A stretch of DNA of 64,000 nt, from assembly GCA_907165135.1 (NCBI GenBank), contig OU015568.1, positions 10,664,001-10,728,000 on the forward strand, read 5' to 3'. Positions 26,201 to 39,050 of the stretch are shown here, piece after piece. The notes under the pieces are model-generated. The model saw only the letters and a program-made list of their open reading frames with translations, did not search any database and had not been told where the DNA came from. The stretch is from Oikopleura dioica. Lineage: Eukaryota; Animalia; Chordata. Position 1 is the stretch's first letter; each line of letters opens with the position of its first letter. The position numbers were made by a program, and so were the translations under genes.

Positions 26201-29200
26201 ATGCCGTGTTCAAACATAGGTCCAGGTTTTCTTCCCTTTTGGTTATGAGAAGCGTGTTAGAGCATAATTTGAGCCCAACTCGGTGGGGGACGGCTAATGG
26301 GATTCAAGCCGCGGTCTAAGCCATCAGAGGGGTGGACAGAGTGGATTAATCCACATGAGCCAGCGCCTCATCTCCGAGGCCGGGAAAGAGCCCGGAAGGA
26401 CCGAGTTAATCCCCCTCCGAATGCATCCTCCAACTTGCTAATATCTTTACTAAATACAATTCTACGCCCGCCAGAGAGGAATACTCGCTCCTCCCCTACT
26501 GCCGTAAATTGTTTAAACTAGGGTCTGTTGGTGTCTGTCCATTTTCTATGCACCAGCCCGCTTTTACTGGCGATTTATATGGACGTTATGTTAATTGGAA
26601 AGAGGATTATCCGCTGGGGAAGCTACATATTCAGCGGTGCGCTTTGATATTCAATGCACTTTGTACATGCATCCGGAAATTTGCATCAGCGTACATATGT
26701 TTGAAGATTCCGCTCTTGAGAGACCCAAAATTGAAACATTTACGGTTTTAAAAATCGTATCAAAGGCTCCTCTAATCCGGTTAACATGTAAAGGACGGAC
26801 TAGCGTCGTTCGAAATGTAGAATAAACCCCCAACGGCTGAGATTTCAATAAACCATAAAGTTCAACAAAACTTTTGTTTTCAGAGACGAAAGAGTCTACT
26901 GATTGTTCAGTGTGCATCCCGCTACGTCGCGACATTACAAAGTAGCGTGGCCAAATGTTTACATTTATTACAAAAATGGAGGGCTCGGCTTCGTTTGACT
27001 CTTTTGAAATTCTAGGGCGGAAATAGGCGGAAGAGCGCGCGGCGGATTTACGCTTATCGAGGGCATCTTCAGTCAGCTTAACGTGCCGAATTCAGCGGCT
27101 AACGAGCGATAACATCAATCCGGATTGAATTAGGCCTATTGCTTCCCTTAGAAAAAATAACGCTAATCCGCAACGCCGTAATTGTCTCGCTCGGCCAAGA
27201 GTTCCACGAGTGAGGATGGATTCCCAAATTTGCGTGGAGCTGTGGTTTGGCATCGGGCGCGCCTGGGGTGCCAATCCGGCAAATCCACCGAGATTAGCTC
27301 TCGACGCCCGTTTGAAGTTGGCCAAGGCTGATCACGAGCCACTCCAGATTACTTTCAGCTCTGGAATTTCTCCCAGCCGCAAACTTTGTTATACAAAACT
27401 TTCAACAGATATATCGATCCTTGTTTGTAAGAAAATAGTGGAGAATGCGCATGTGTAATTTTTGATGGTAAGAAAACACCGCAGTTGTTGAATTTGCAAC
27501 GATTAACACGGTGTGAACGCGTTGTTTTGCGCATATTTTCCACAACCGCGTGTTGGAGTGTGATAAGCCCCCGCTGTGCATGCTGTGTGGGACCGCTATG
27601 TAGATAGCTTACCGCGGTCTACATTAATTTGGCGGAGGTGTAACATTCCGTTCTGGAGCAATTTGATGAGTACAAGTAACGCTCATGATTGCCTTGAAAA
27701 TAAAGCTGCGAGAAACGCGCTTGTCGTGATTATTTTCATCAATATTTTTTGTACAAGTTCGGAGGAAAACTGTTACTAATTAAACTATACAACAGCTTCG
27801 TTCACGTTTTCCTCGAAATAGAATCATGCATCAGCAACAAACGGTTTTTCTGTATTTTAAAGGAAGTCGTCTCGCATGTCAGATTGACCGCCATTCAGGA
27901 AGCCCGTCTGATCGGTCAAACAGGGCTGGGTACTTCCGATTGTCAAAAAATAGAAAATTTCCACAAGCGATTGATCCAAAACTTTCGTCGCTCTGCCGGA
28001 TTCTTCCAATTATCTGCAGGAGTTATTGCCCTGTCAGTAGAGTGCATTAATAATTTTTAAAGAAATTGAGAAGCTCCTTGATTATGGATAGTTGGCGAGG
28101 GACCAAGAGAGGGAGGATATGAGGGTTTAACTATTGTTATTTGGAAATGATAATATTCCAAAATCAATTGAGCCAGATTGAGCCCCGCCTCTTTCGCGCC
28201 TAGACCTGTCAGAAAGTGTCGGCAGGGAATTACAGTAAGATGCTGTATAAAAGGAAGATGGCGCACCGATCGATTTTCCAGTCAATGGAGCAAGTGCGGT
28301 TCTGCCGATTGAAGTCATCACCCATGTTCTCTCCCGGAGGAATCTTATGCTTGAGAACACAAGGAGCATTGTGGGTGATAACTACCCATAAATTTGGGAT
28401 AATTAGATGCTCAGTATCGATATCGGTGGATGAAAGCGATTTCAGTTCAATTTGAGGACTTTTCTTTCAACAACGAAGAAATGAATTATTCCGCTTTTGA
28501 GAAATGAGATTTTCATTCTCTAAGAAATTCATAAGTCATTATCGCCATAGCCAAAATTAAAATGACATTTTGTGCGAAATAATAATGAGTTGTTTACGCT
28601 GGTGGAAGAGCCCACGGAATGCGGTCGGATCCCTCGCGCAATCTGACCGTTATGTCAAAAGTATTTCCCTTCCGAAGCGGCCAGAAACAAACACTTCTGT
28701 TTGGCAACAACGTTGTGACTAATTGTTCTGAAAGGTGGGTTTTAATATTTGTGAGAAAACACGAGCCAGCTGGACTCTTCACACCAGGTTCTTTGTTGCT
28801 TACATTGTTTTGGATTACTCGGGCGGGAAGAAGTGCCCTCTTAGGCGCTTACAGGTTAAGAATCTTATTTGCAAACTTTTTCCAGGTGACGAGCTCAAAC
28901 TATGTCCAATTTAAAATACAAATTTTATTCAATAAAACAAGTTTTTCGAGGAAACCGGGCTTACGTGAGAAGCACTAATTTGCGTCACTCACTTTTTCGA
29001 GGGTTGAAAATGAACCCCTATTGATGACGAGAAATCCATCAACATTTGAATTTGAATTTCAAAACGGGGGTGACAACAGTGCACAACAGTTACGTCGTTA
29101 AATTAGCACGCGGCCCATTTCACACCCTTGGCAACCCACAAGGGGCATCTATCATGGGCAATGATGTTAGAGGTCACTTGACATCTGTGAGGTCGACGGG

Positions 29201-29901
29201 ATCCGATAAAAAGCGTGCTCAAGTGTGCTCTAAGTCGGATAACCCAATTCGACTACAGATGGTGCTCCAGCTCGTTGCACTCGCAGAAGAAAAAACGTTG
29301 GAATTGGAATTGTTATTTTTTCAATCAAGTAGGTCAATTTTTGACTTAACTATCTGTGTATTTTACAAGCAATTATTAATTAAAACTCTTGTAGTGAAAA
29401 CAACTTTCTCAATATGTAATTCAAATAATAAAACAACGTAAACGCAAAATAATAACCACTAACGAGTCCTAATTAACTCGCAAGAACAAAGTGCATAATC
29501 CGATAAACTTGAATTCTACAAAGCCGACTTGAACAATTGAAATGACAAAGAGCAGCAGACAGATCACTTCCGAGTGCCCTTACTACCCATTCTATTAAAT
29601 TTGGGCGCAAAGAAGGCATTTGCCAAGTCATCATGTTCCTAGGTAATTATCGACAAGCTCTGATATTTTGGCAAAATTACGGCGCGCCAAAAAATCAACC
29701 GGAAATTTCATTTTCGAAAAAGAATCCAGCTAAAGAAATTAGCCATCGTGTCTGTCTGTATCTGTCAGCCCCAGAAGAGAGCCCTATTAGCCGTGGTTTA
29801 TTGCGGCCAGCTTCATTTGAATAATTTGAAATAAATGGTTAGTAACCTTTTTCGGCTCTCGCCAGGCCTAGTAAAAGGCATATCCCTGCCCAGCTGGGCA
29901 T
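17260..29901 (-). CDS. Eph receptor-like protein with a pseudokinase domain
   Basis: Signal-peptide exon MPSWAGICLLLGLARAEK (29847-29901) splices in phase to EYLLDTSK (ends 22442). Ligand-binding-domain exons lie near 21040-21200, 20700-20790 and 20170-20500, followed by sushi/EGF (19901-20020; 19080-19210), FN3, TM and the kinase-like ORF 17260-18489. Confidence 0.9.
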
Positions 29902-30280
29902 TCTTCTATGTCTTCTTTCTAAGGGTCTCTGTTAAGTGTCTTCTATACAAATCTTTCTCAGTAGTAATTATTTATAGTAAAAAAGGTTGAGGATTTCGAG
30001 GATTCGACGGGCAAATTCCGAGCGGCGGGGCGAGAGGGAGGACCGCCGTAGAGCGCCGAAAAGCTACTGAGCGCCCTCATTTTCGCGCCTCGGCGGGGTG
30101 GAGCGCAAAACGCGCCGCAACTATCGTAAACCGATAGAAGTAATTTGCCTAATTAATGATCTATTTGGTCCGTCAATAAACCTAATGCATCTTGCTGCTT
30201 CTCAGATGGACAAAAGTTTTCGAGACACTTGAAAAGGTTAATTCAGTTTTTAAAGAGGGAGTATTTGGCGTGGAACCCAG

Positions 30281-30940
30281 ATGATTTCAAAAATTTCGCG
30301 GGCCTGGAAATCGTCAAAAAACTTCTTGTCTAGTTTTGAAGAGCTCGTCGAGACGAGTCGAATGATATATAAAACTCCAGATAGTTTTAAGATTTTCCGC
30401 CAAAAGTGATAAGAAGGTGTCTTATCAAAAATTTTCTGACCGGCGCCGTTTTTGTTCTAGAAAAGCTGAGGTGATGCTTGACCCCGGAAAATGATCCTCA
30501 TGGTCTTGTCTATTCCGGCAAAAATTTCAGCTCGCCCTCACATATCCTGCTGTGCATATCAGCGAAAAATCAAAAAATAGTGCATTTTGTTGTCGCTGCA
30601 CGTTCCTAGTTTCATACCCATTTATAGTCCCATTTTCCTTGGAAAATGAAATTTAACGATAAACTCGGCTGGGTAAATGATGACGAGCTGAAATTTTTGC
30701 CGGAATAGAACAGCCCATGAGGATCATTTTCCGGGGTCAAGCATCACCTCAGCTTTTCTAGAACAAAACGGCGCCGGTCAGAAAATTTTTGATAAGACAC
30801 CTTCTTATCATTTTTTGGTGGAAAATCTTAAAACTATCTGGAGTTTTATATATCATTCGACTCGTCTCGACGAGCTCTTCAAAACTAGTCAAGAAGTTTT
30901 TTGACGAATTCTGGGCCCGCGAAATTTTTTTTTAAATCAT
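30281..30940. mobile_element. Foldback MITE, 660 bp, same family as 11273-12836
   Basis: Imperfect inverted arms 30281-30534 and 30684-30940. Direct repeats CCCAG at 30276-30280 and 30941-30945. Shares the ATGATTT terminus, GCTCGTCGAGACGAGTCGA, GTTTTGTTCTAG and AAAATGATCC with the larger element. Confidence 0.92.
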
Positions 30941-31378
30941 CCCAGTCGAATACCAACTCAGCTAATTAATTCAATTTGCATGTAGATTCAATTGAATTCA
31001 AAGTTGCTGTGGAAAATAATGCTCGAAAGGGAAATAAATAATCGAGTTTTGAATTAATCAAATGAATTACAGATCCGATTTTACTGTAAACGCCTGTAAG
31101 AAAATTCGCTTTTAGTGACAATTACGATTATTTGTGATTATCACCAATATACTTGGATATTTCAAGTCATATTTATATTCTCAAGATGCAGAAAGATTGA
31201 GACAGCCTAATGAAAATAACTTCTAAGGCGTTAAAATTTAATAATCGCGGTATTATCTCGGAGATTATCCGTCAGAAATATGTAATTAAGAACCTGAAAA
31301 ATAAATTTTCGTCATTCTGGATTATTTGAATTTCATTTTTTCAATAATTATCGAAGATTCAAGCCGAGAACTCATTGT

Positions 31379-32917
31379 TTAAAATTCTTCACTCTTTTTG
31401 TTACGCTGTTTGAATAGCTGATTTTGGTACTTTAGCCGATTTTTGGCGATAGAATCAGATTCGCTCGGGCGAAGTTCAATGGGATTTGTTGCTGGGAAAA
31501 CTGTTATGAGAAGGATTGTCTTTCGCTCCCTGCTTTCTTTCAAAACTACTCGGTTGCACTGTCCAACTTGTGGATACATATTGAATAAAATGAATGAACT
31601 TTCGACAACTTTTGCCAAAAAAGAAAGGGTAAGAAAACTAGGAACGTCTAAAACAAGTCTCTGAAAATGCATTGTAAGAGGAGCTGTGTCGATATCCATC
31701 ACACGTCCCGTCGGACTTTCCTAAAATTGCAATTACGTTCCGGTGCAGAGCTTATCTTCCACGTGCCCAGGCTCGATCAACTGTACTAGGGTTTCCCATG
31801 TTTTGACTAAGCCACTTTATTTGACAAGTTATATGTGATGACAAAAACTGAGATTGATGAAGATTTGATAATGCTATTATTTTGGTATTCAACGAGGGGA
31901 TTTCCATTCTTCCGAGTCGGATAAACAAAAAAAAATGGACATATACAGATGGATGTTCGGGTAAAGAATTAGAAGCAAGTTCACGCGAATCCGAATTATT
32001 TTCTGCGCCCCAAATCCATTTGCCGATAACGCGAATTTCTTCACTCTTAAAACTTCTTAAATTTTATCGAGTTTAGCGGATTTAGAATTGCAGCCATTAA
32101 AATCTCCAAATCCGTCGGCCCGTTTTTTCTAAGCTCGTCTATATAAGCCCCTTTTCACCCGTCTTCGCTTATCGCTGCTCAGGATGCTCACGTCACCCGG
32201 AAAAGAAAATTATCAATTTTTTTGTTTATTTGATGACTAGAACAGTTTCTACTCGAATATTAAACTTCTTCAATAGAAAAGTTGTTTCTCAAGCATGCAC
32301 GTTGTTCGAGAGCATTCAAAACTATCAACTTTTGTTTTAAATGAAAGATTAATAATATTAATGTCGAGCAGGCCGTCATCTAAATATTTTTCTTCGACAA
32401 AGCATCTTCTTTCAGATTCAGGTAGAGACAAAACAATAAATTACTCGCCGTGTAATGACGGAAAATGCATTCTGAGTACGACAGTTTAGTATCAACGAGT
32501 CGATGTAAATATTTTGACGCGACGGCGAAAATTTTCCGCGAAAGTGCAAGAAAGGTCGTAATTCCGTGAGTTTTTAGTCTGAGAGGTCATGATGCATGAA
32601 GATGCACAATGAGATAAGGCTCTTGAAAACGTGAGGCAAAGGCGTCTTCCCATACTGGAGTGTCTTATCGAATAGAAGAAAGTGCGCACATCCTTTGTAT
32701 GCTTGTCGCTACTCGAAATTTCAAGGCGGAAAAATATTCCATATCTGACATGCTCTCCGTCCTCTTCCCTTTGTCCTGCTAAAATAAGCGTCTCTCCCAG
32801 CACCTGATAAAACGACACGGGCTCGATGCTAAGCCCGTCACGAAAATAAATCATCCCTATGAAAACGGAAGCGCTCAGGATTACCGAAGTTGGACACAGC
32901 ACGAGGTGTACAAACAT
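31379..32917 (-). CDS. Possible orphan gene(s) with a hydrophobic N-terminus
   Basis: Minus-strand ORFs 32492-32917 (signal/TM-like start) and 31379-31702. No recognisable domain. Confidence 0.25.
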
Positions 32918-33426
32918 CCGCTACTAAATAGACAAAATTTTAGAAATGTCCTGATTCCTTTGGCTAGCGTTACGAAACTTGTTTAAAAAAAGTCTGATGA
33001 AGTTTTTTAAAGCTCACATCTACATATTTTAGGAATCACAGCGCATAAGTGTATTTTTAAAATTTCCCTGTATTGCCAAAGCAAAGCCAGTACGTACTTC
33101 GTACACCGTTTCGTTAAAAATAGAACAACCCTAGAAAGACAGTGCTGCGTTGAATGTTTTGAAGGCTTGTGATGCTCAAAGCCGACAACTTTTTTTGCGC
33201 AAAGCGCCGCTAATATAAACTTTACCAGACTGTCTGGCGATCATTGAGAACTTATATTATCCTATTCCTAACGAAAAAGGTTCAAGAAGAAACAATTCTG
33301 CGAAGCGAGTTATTCATCTTCATTTTGAACATTAATAAGTTTGAAATCGGCAGAAATTTATTCTCACATTGAAGCTAAGATGTGTAATTAAATAAATAAT
33401 AATTTGTTAATTGAACTGAATTAAGT

Positions 33427-34778
33427 CTAATTGATTTCAAAGCAAAGTCCAGCATCTTGGAGATTTCTTACAATGTTCGTTCCATCAAAAGCAAGCGCGC
33501 TTGTTGATACTCCTCCTTGATCTCCGAGATTTTCCTTGACTTTCGCTCGCTCTTCCAGAAGTGTGAGAGCACAAGAAACGAGAATTTTTGATGTAGCGTC
33601 GTAACCAGGCTCGGGACCAGAGACTTTGGCAATTTTGGTCAGAGGCGAATCGTCTTCGCCAACTCCCTGTCCGAGGAATGTGACGTCAAACGATGTATCG
33701 GCGATAGATTCTTTTGGTGGCCCTTTTCTCGAAAAAGCACCAAAAGTAAAAAATTCAGCAAACTTCATCAGTAAGGATTGCCCCGACGAAAATCGCGAGA
33801 ACAGGCTCAGGCAGAAACCTGATAGAGTTGATTTTGAATATCAAATTTGCCTTACCAGTAAAAGAGATACCAATGAGCGACGCAATAGATCCTACTACAG
33901 CGTAAATAGAAAATCGAACCGGAGTTTTATCGCGGAGGGCAAATCCTTGTTGACTCCTTCGAACAATCGAAGCATCAGATCCTGGGAAGGGGATCGTTCG
34001 GTTGCCATTTAGTGCGGGGATATTCTAAGAAAGATACTTGCATCTTCAGTAAGTTAAATATTTACATTAATCTTTGCACCGAAACTCCGGGCTTGAGATC
34101 TTTTGCCCTTGTACTCAATTCTTGGGGCTTTTCTCAGTGCTCGAAGTGCTTTCAGCGCATCCTGGCTACCAAAGCCCATCACGGCGCAATCCCAGGTCGT
34201 GGCATGCCCGCAGTATCCAGGAGCTGGATTTATGTTCAGAAAAGCTTCAGCTTGATGAAGTTCTCCTCCAAAGTTATCACGGAGGAAATTGAGTCCAATC
34301 TCAGAAGGAATGGAGTCAAATCCACAAGCAGAGATCACAATTGATCCTGATTGACGGGCGCTTTCGTTGTATCTGAGCTCCATAGCTTCAATGAACTCCG
34401 GTTCGCCGGAGATATCAAGATAGTCAACTCCGTTTTCGACGCAAGCTTTCACAACCGGTTCTCCAAGAAGTCTGTACGGACCAGTACAATTCAACACGAG
34501 CTTTGCTTCTCTTACAGCGCGTTCGATTGTATCAACGGACGAAATATCAACCTGCACACATTTAGCAGTAGTACCGACGGCAATTTCCTCCAACCTCGTT
34601 ATATTTCGCCCGGCAATGGCCCAAGAATACTTATTTCCTGCTATTTATTGGTTATTCAAGATCTTATTATTCATAAATCAATGAAAAACGAAACCAGGCC
34701 TACAGTATTGAAATAATTAACGACCCATTGCCCGGTAAAGCCCGTCGCACCGAGGATAACAACATCGAACGTCGGCAT
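33427..34778 (-). CDS. SCCPDH: Saccharopine dehydrogenase-like oxidoreductase
   Basis: MPTFDVVILGATGFTGQ Rossmann start, LNCTGPYRLLGEPVVKAC, YLDISGE, CGFDSIPSE and GPEPGYDATS. Confidence 0.93.
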
Positions 34779-35075
34779 TCTGAGATCGAAAAAAATCGTA
34801 TTTACAACTCATGAGATCAGGCAGCTAATCAAAGACTGTCTGATCTTTTTTTCAGCTTTCATGTTTTGAACCGTGTCTGGAACATTTTTATTAGCCTAAG
34901 GAAGAAAGTCCGGAGATTCTGCAGATGGACTTTGTACATTCAAAAACGCATTCAAGAAAGAAGACAGGTTTACCAATGCCCCGCCGAGTGGTAAGACCCG
35001 GCGAGGCGCCATCGTCATAAAATTAGCCCAAAATAAAGACAACTTATTTTGGAGATAGGGATTTGCATTCAATGT

Positions 35076-36571
35076 CTAGGCGGCCAATTCGAGGTTTTGC
35101 ACTTCTTCGATACTCAGACGGACGTTTTCAAGGTTGTTCTGCCAGCTGGATAGCTTCTCAGCGAGGTCTTCCCACTCAGCGCGGCCGAATTCTCGCTGGA
35201 TGGAGTAGGTTGTCGATAGTCTTTCGTTTCCTATTCAAGAAGATTAGACATAATATTTTCTAGGCAGGATTACCTTGGTCCAATCGACCTCGGAGGAGTT
35301 TCAGCTGGAACGCTCTAACAGCAAGATCTTCGACACCATCTTCATCGAGTCCAAGCTTATCTTGGATAGCCCTAGAATTACAGTAAGACTCATCTCACGT
35401 GCTAGCTCGTACTTGTAAGTAGTATCAGGATTCGACTTGCACAGGCCAACAAGAGTCAGGAGTCGCATTTTTCGTCGAAGAGTGTTCAATTTCTCTTCGT
35501 CAAGAGCGAATTCGGAGATATCGGATCCTTCGACAAATTTCTCAAAGGCGGCCAAATCACCCGTGATAAAGATTTCGAGAAATTCGTAGACGGATGTTCC
35601 TTTGTGAGCTTGAATGGCATCGATCTCTCGGAGGTGGTCGAATCTGTATTCGCCCTCGGTACAGATTGACTGAGAGTAGTTTTATTGGTTGATGCGATTT
35701 CAAATCTACCTGAAGAATACAGAGTCGAGCATCAGCTCTTGCCTCCTCTCCAGTGATATCAGCGTCGCTATAGCTATTGAGAAGATCTTCCATAGCACTG
35801 GCAGCGTTCTGGTAGCGACCAAGTCTTAGAAATTATTTAAATAAATTGATAAGAGTATCGAATTCACCTATGAAGACAGGCCTGGTACTCTCGTCGAAGG
35901 ACTCTGATTTCTAGCTCAGTAATGTTCCAGTCCTTGGCCCACTTTTCGAGGAATCGCTCAATTTTGCTGCCCTCGAGCTCGAGAAGATAAATTGAGTTCT
36001 TTCTGGATGCACACTGGAGCCAAGTGCAGTAGATCAAATACATAGCCTTCGATTTTACAGGGAAGGCCATTTTAAACATGTCGTATAGAATTCGGCACAC
36101 AATTTTGCCACGGCCGGCTTTCTCGCCTTCCAACATGGCATCGCAGAAGCTTTTGGTGACTAAAGTGAATAAGTACATTTAGATTGCGTTGAGAACTTAC
36201 TCTTGTTGCAATCTTCAATTTCGCCAGGAGATTGGAAATCCATCAATAAACCGATAAAGATAGAGCTCTGCTTGGTAACTTGGAGAACATCATTTTCGCT
36301 CACTTTCTCGGCCTAATAATTATTCTTGTTTGTTCTCAAAGAAATAAAACTACCCAGAGAGGAGCAAAGTTCTTCGGCACAAATACACTAGCAACGGATG
36401 CACCGAGGTTTTTCCCTTCGATGGGGTTAACATCAGCACCAGCGGCAATGAGCTTTTCTCGGATGCTCTCGAGCTCTTCAAACCTAGATCCATCATTAAA
36501 AAGAGCGCACATGAATGAACTACAGACCGATCACTATCGTTGAGGTCGTCCGAAAGGAAAATTTCCGCCAT
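35076..36571 (-). CDS. EIF3M: Translation initiation factor 3 subunit M
   Basis: ARADARLCI..FDHL, KMRLLTL and the C-terminal QREFGRAEWEDLAEKLSSWQNNL match the eIF3m PCI-domain pattern. Multiple short introns. Confidence 0.88.
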
Positions 36572-37067
36572 AGCTTGCTCGCAGCCTAGCCCTGAATGCA
36601 AAATTTCGTTACTAAGTATACTTTGAACTTGTTTCTATATTTTTTAAAAACAAAAACGAATAGATTCGCAAGTTGGTTTTCGATTAAAGTCGCAGAAGTT
36701 AAAGGAAAATAAACGTAAATAAGGTCAACTCGAGTGGCGGCTTAACGTAAAAAATATCGTGGGAATGATGGGAGAAAAAAATTAGAATGCTTTACTCTAA
36801 AAACATGAAATGCCCCACGAAAAGACGAGGGTCGAGGTTTGTAGAATTTGCCTGCAAAAACGTAAAGGTATAAAATGGAAAGGGAAATGAAAAGAAGAAA
36901 GTTAAAAAAAATTGGACCATCTGTCCAAAATAGAAGAGTTTATTTGCATGAAGAAATGATAATGGAGATCACCAAGCGGTTTGGCGCGAAATGATATTTC
37001 TATCGGTTAAAATAATGAACGGAAAGGGAAGTTTAAACTCGTAGGAAGACGTCTTCGTTGAAAGTGG

Positions 37068-39050
37068 CTACCAAATCGACATCCAGTCGGCTGTTTTCAT
37101 GGGGATGAAGGACTCGGGAAGCGCCCACGTGGACTCTTTCTTTTCTTTCTTTTGCTCTTGGGGACGGGCTTCCGCAATGGAGGAACAAAGAACGGGCGGC
37201 ACGATTTCATAAGATGATCCAGTGAGTTCACAGGACTCAAGATCGTCGAAGATCATTTCAGCTGAGCGCGCGGCGACTGAGGCTGCTTGCGCCAGGCATT
37301 TCTGTTCTTCCTCGCTTTCTAGTTCTTCACTGTTGCTGTAGCCATTAGTGGACCAGCTGTTGGTTGGACGCTGAGCGTCGTACGAAAAGCTGTCAGGAGA
37401 TATCGACGGTGTCATCATGTCAACATGATTCATGTCGTGCATCTCCTCCCTAAAAATCGATAAAAACGTAAAGCAACTTCGGACTTACGGAATGTTTAAC
37501 CGAGGTGCAAAGAAAAATGTTCCATTCGTGTATTTAACGTGTTGGTTCTGAACCATATTTTTCCAAAGTTCCTGGTCATCGCTCTGGCCAGAGAGGTTCT
37601 TCACAAACTCGAGCGCTTCATCAATCGATAGTCTGTCGAAGTTCGCATTTTGCGCGATTTGTTTTACAGCTTCTCCCTCTACAGCGAGGTTTTCTGCAAA
37701 AAAGAGTGTTATTGTTACATTTTTATGATAAGAATTACCAGATTCTGTGACCGACTTCTTTTTCCTGCGGTTTCTTCTTCGCCTTTTCTTAGTAGGTGTA
37801 CTCTGCTCATCGAGCTTTTCTTGCGGCTTAGGCTGCGCAATTTGCGGCTGCTTTGTTTCTGGGTTTTTCGGTTTTTTTGGTGACTGAGATTTTACTTTCC
37901 CAGTCTGACTGTGGATTTGCTGCACAGCATTTTGATTTTTCTTGTTACGCTGTTCTTGACGCTGCTGTTGACGCTTGGATCTTGGATTCTTGAAGGCAAA
38001 GCGGAAATTATTATTGTTCTTGTTTCCATCACCGCTGCTCTGTGGGCGAGCGGGCATTGTAGACATGACTCCGTCGAGCTCGACTTTCTCTTCAATCATT
38101 TCTCGTGTGTCCATTTTGGGCATGTAAGCCAACGACGGAAACTCGTCCTCATAAGTAGAAAGCGTGCTCGAGCTAAAAGTTTGAGTCATATGCGGATCCT
38201 GAACGTTACATGAGTCGGTCTCGAGACTAACAAGACAATTATGTTTTTACTCTCATGAAACGGTGTCTAGCCATGTCTTGAATTTACTGTCCGAAGTTAT
38301 TCACTGTAAAAATACTGTTAAATTGTAGCTTTGTTTACGAAGACCGTAAATTATTCTTTTTAAAAAGTTTTCAAGAATAATCTTGAAAATTGAGGACTGA
38401 CCTGGAAGATGATGTCTCAGAAACATACGAGTTAATTCTCTGCCGCCTTTTTGAGTCCATTCTCCGTCTTAGACGTGCGATGATCTTATGCACTGCGTCT
38501 TCGGCATTGGCCGCCCCGGAGATCGCCGCTAGTTCGACCATGACAATCTCCTCGGGCGAGCGCTTGTCGAACACGAGCTCCATATCGGTATGGTTTGCGT
38601 TTGGACTTGGAAAAGTTTATTTAGTCGGCTTAATTTATTGGCGGAAAAAGCGAGGAAGCGGCGCTTTCGAAGTTTTTCTTACCTCGGCCTGTTGTAAACG
38701 AAGAGCTCTTCCTCTAGTCGGGGTCGATCTCGTCTGGGCTACCGGTCATGACCGAAATAAGCCATCTGGCGTAATACTTGGACTCGTTGGGGTCCAGTTC
38801 GAGCGCGCCTTCCAGCCGGCTCATTAGCCATTCTTCGTGGCTCTAAAATCACATTTATTTTTCACGAACTAGGGGACCAACCAGAGGAAATGGCCGACAT
38901 CCCTACTGACACGGCTTTACTAAGTAACTTACTAAACAAAACTGGGAGCCAGATGAAAGCCGTTTTACATCAAAAAAGCGAATTAGGGAGCATTAACTTA
39001 CTTTGAGCTGGCTGTCGCAAAAAATACTGAGAGCTTTTGTTCTCATTGAT
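37068..39050 (-). CDS. Unknown multi-exon protein with basic/Gln-rich low-complexity regions
   Basis: Codirectional ORFs 38371-38583, 37485-38189 (EDEFPSL; KKRRRRNRRKKK) and 37068-37442. The 5' exons could not be joined unambiguously. Confidence 0.5.
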
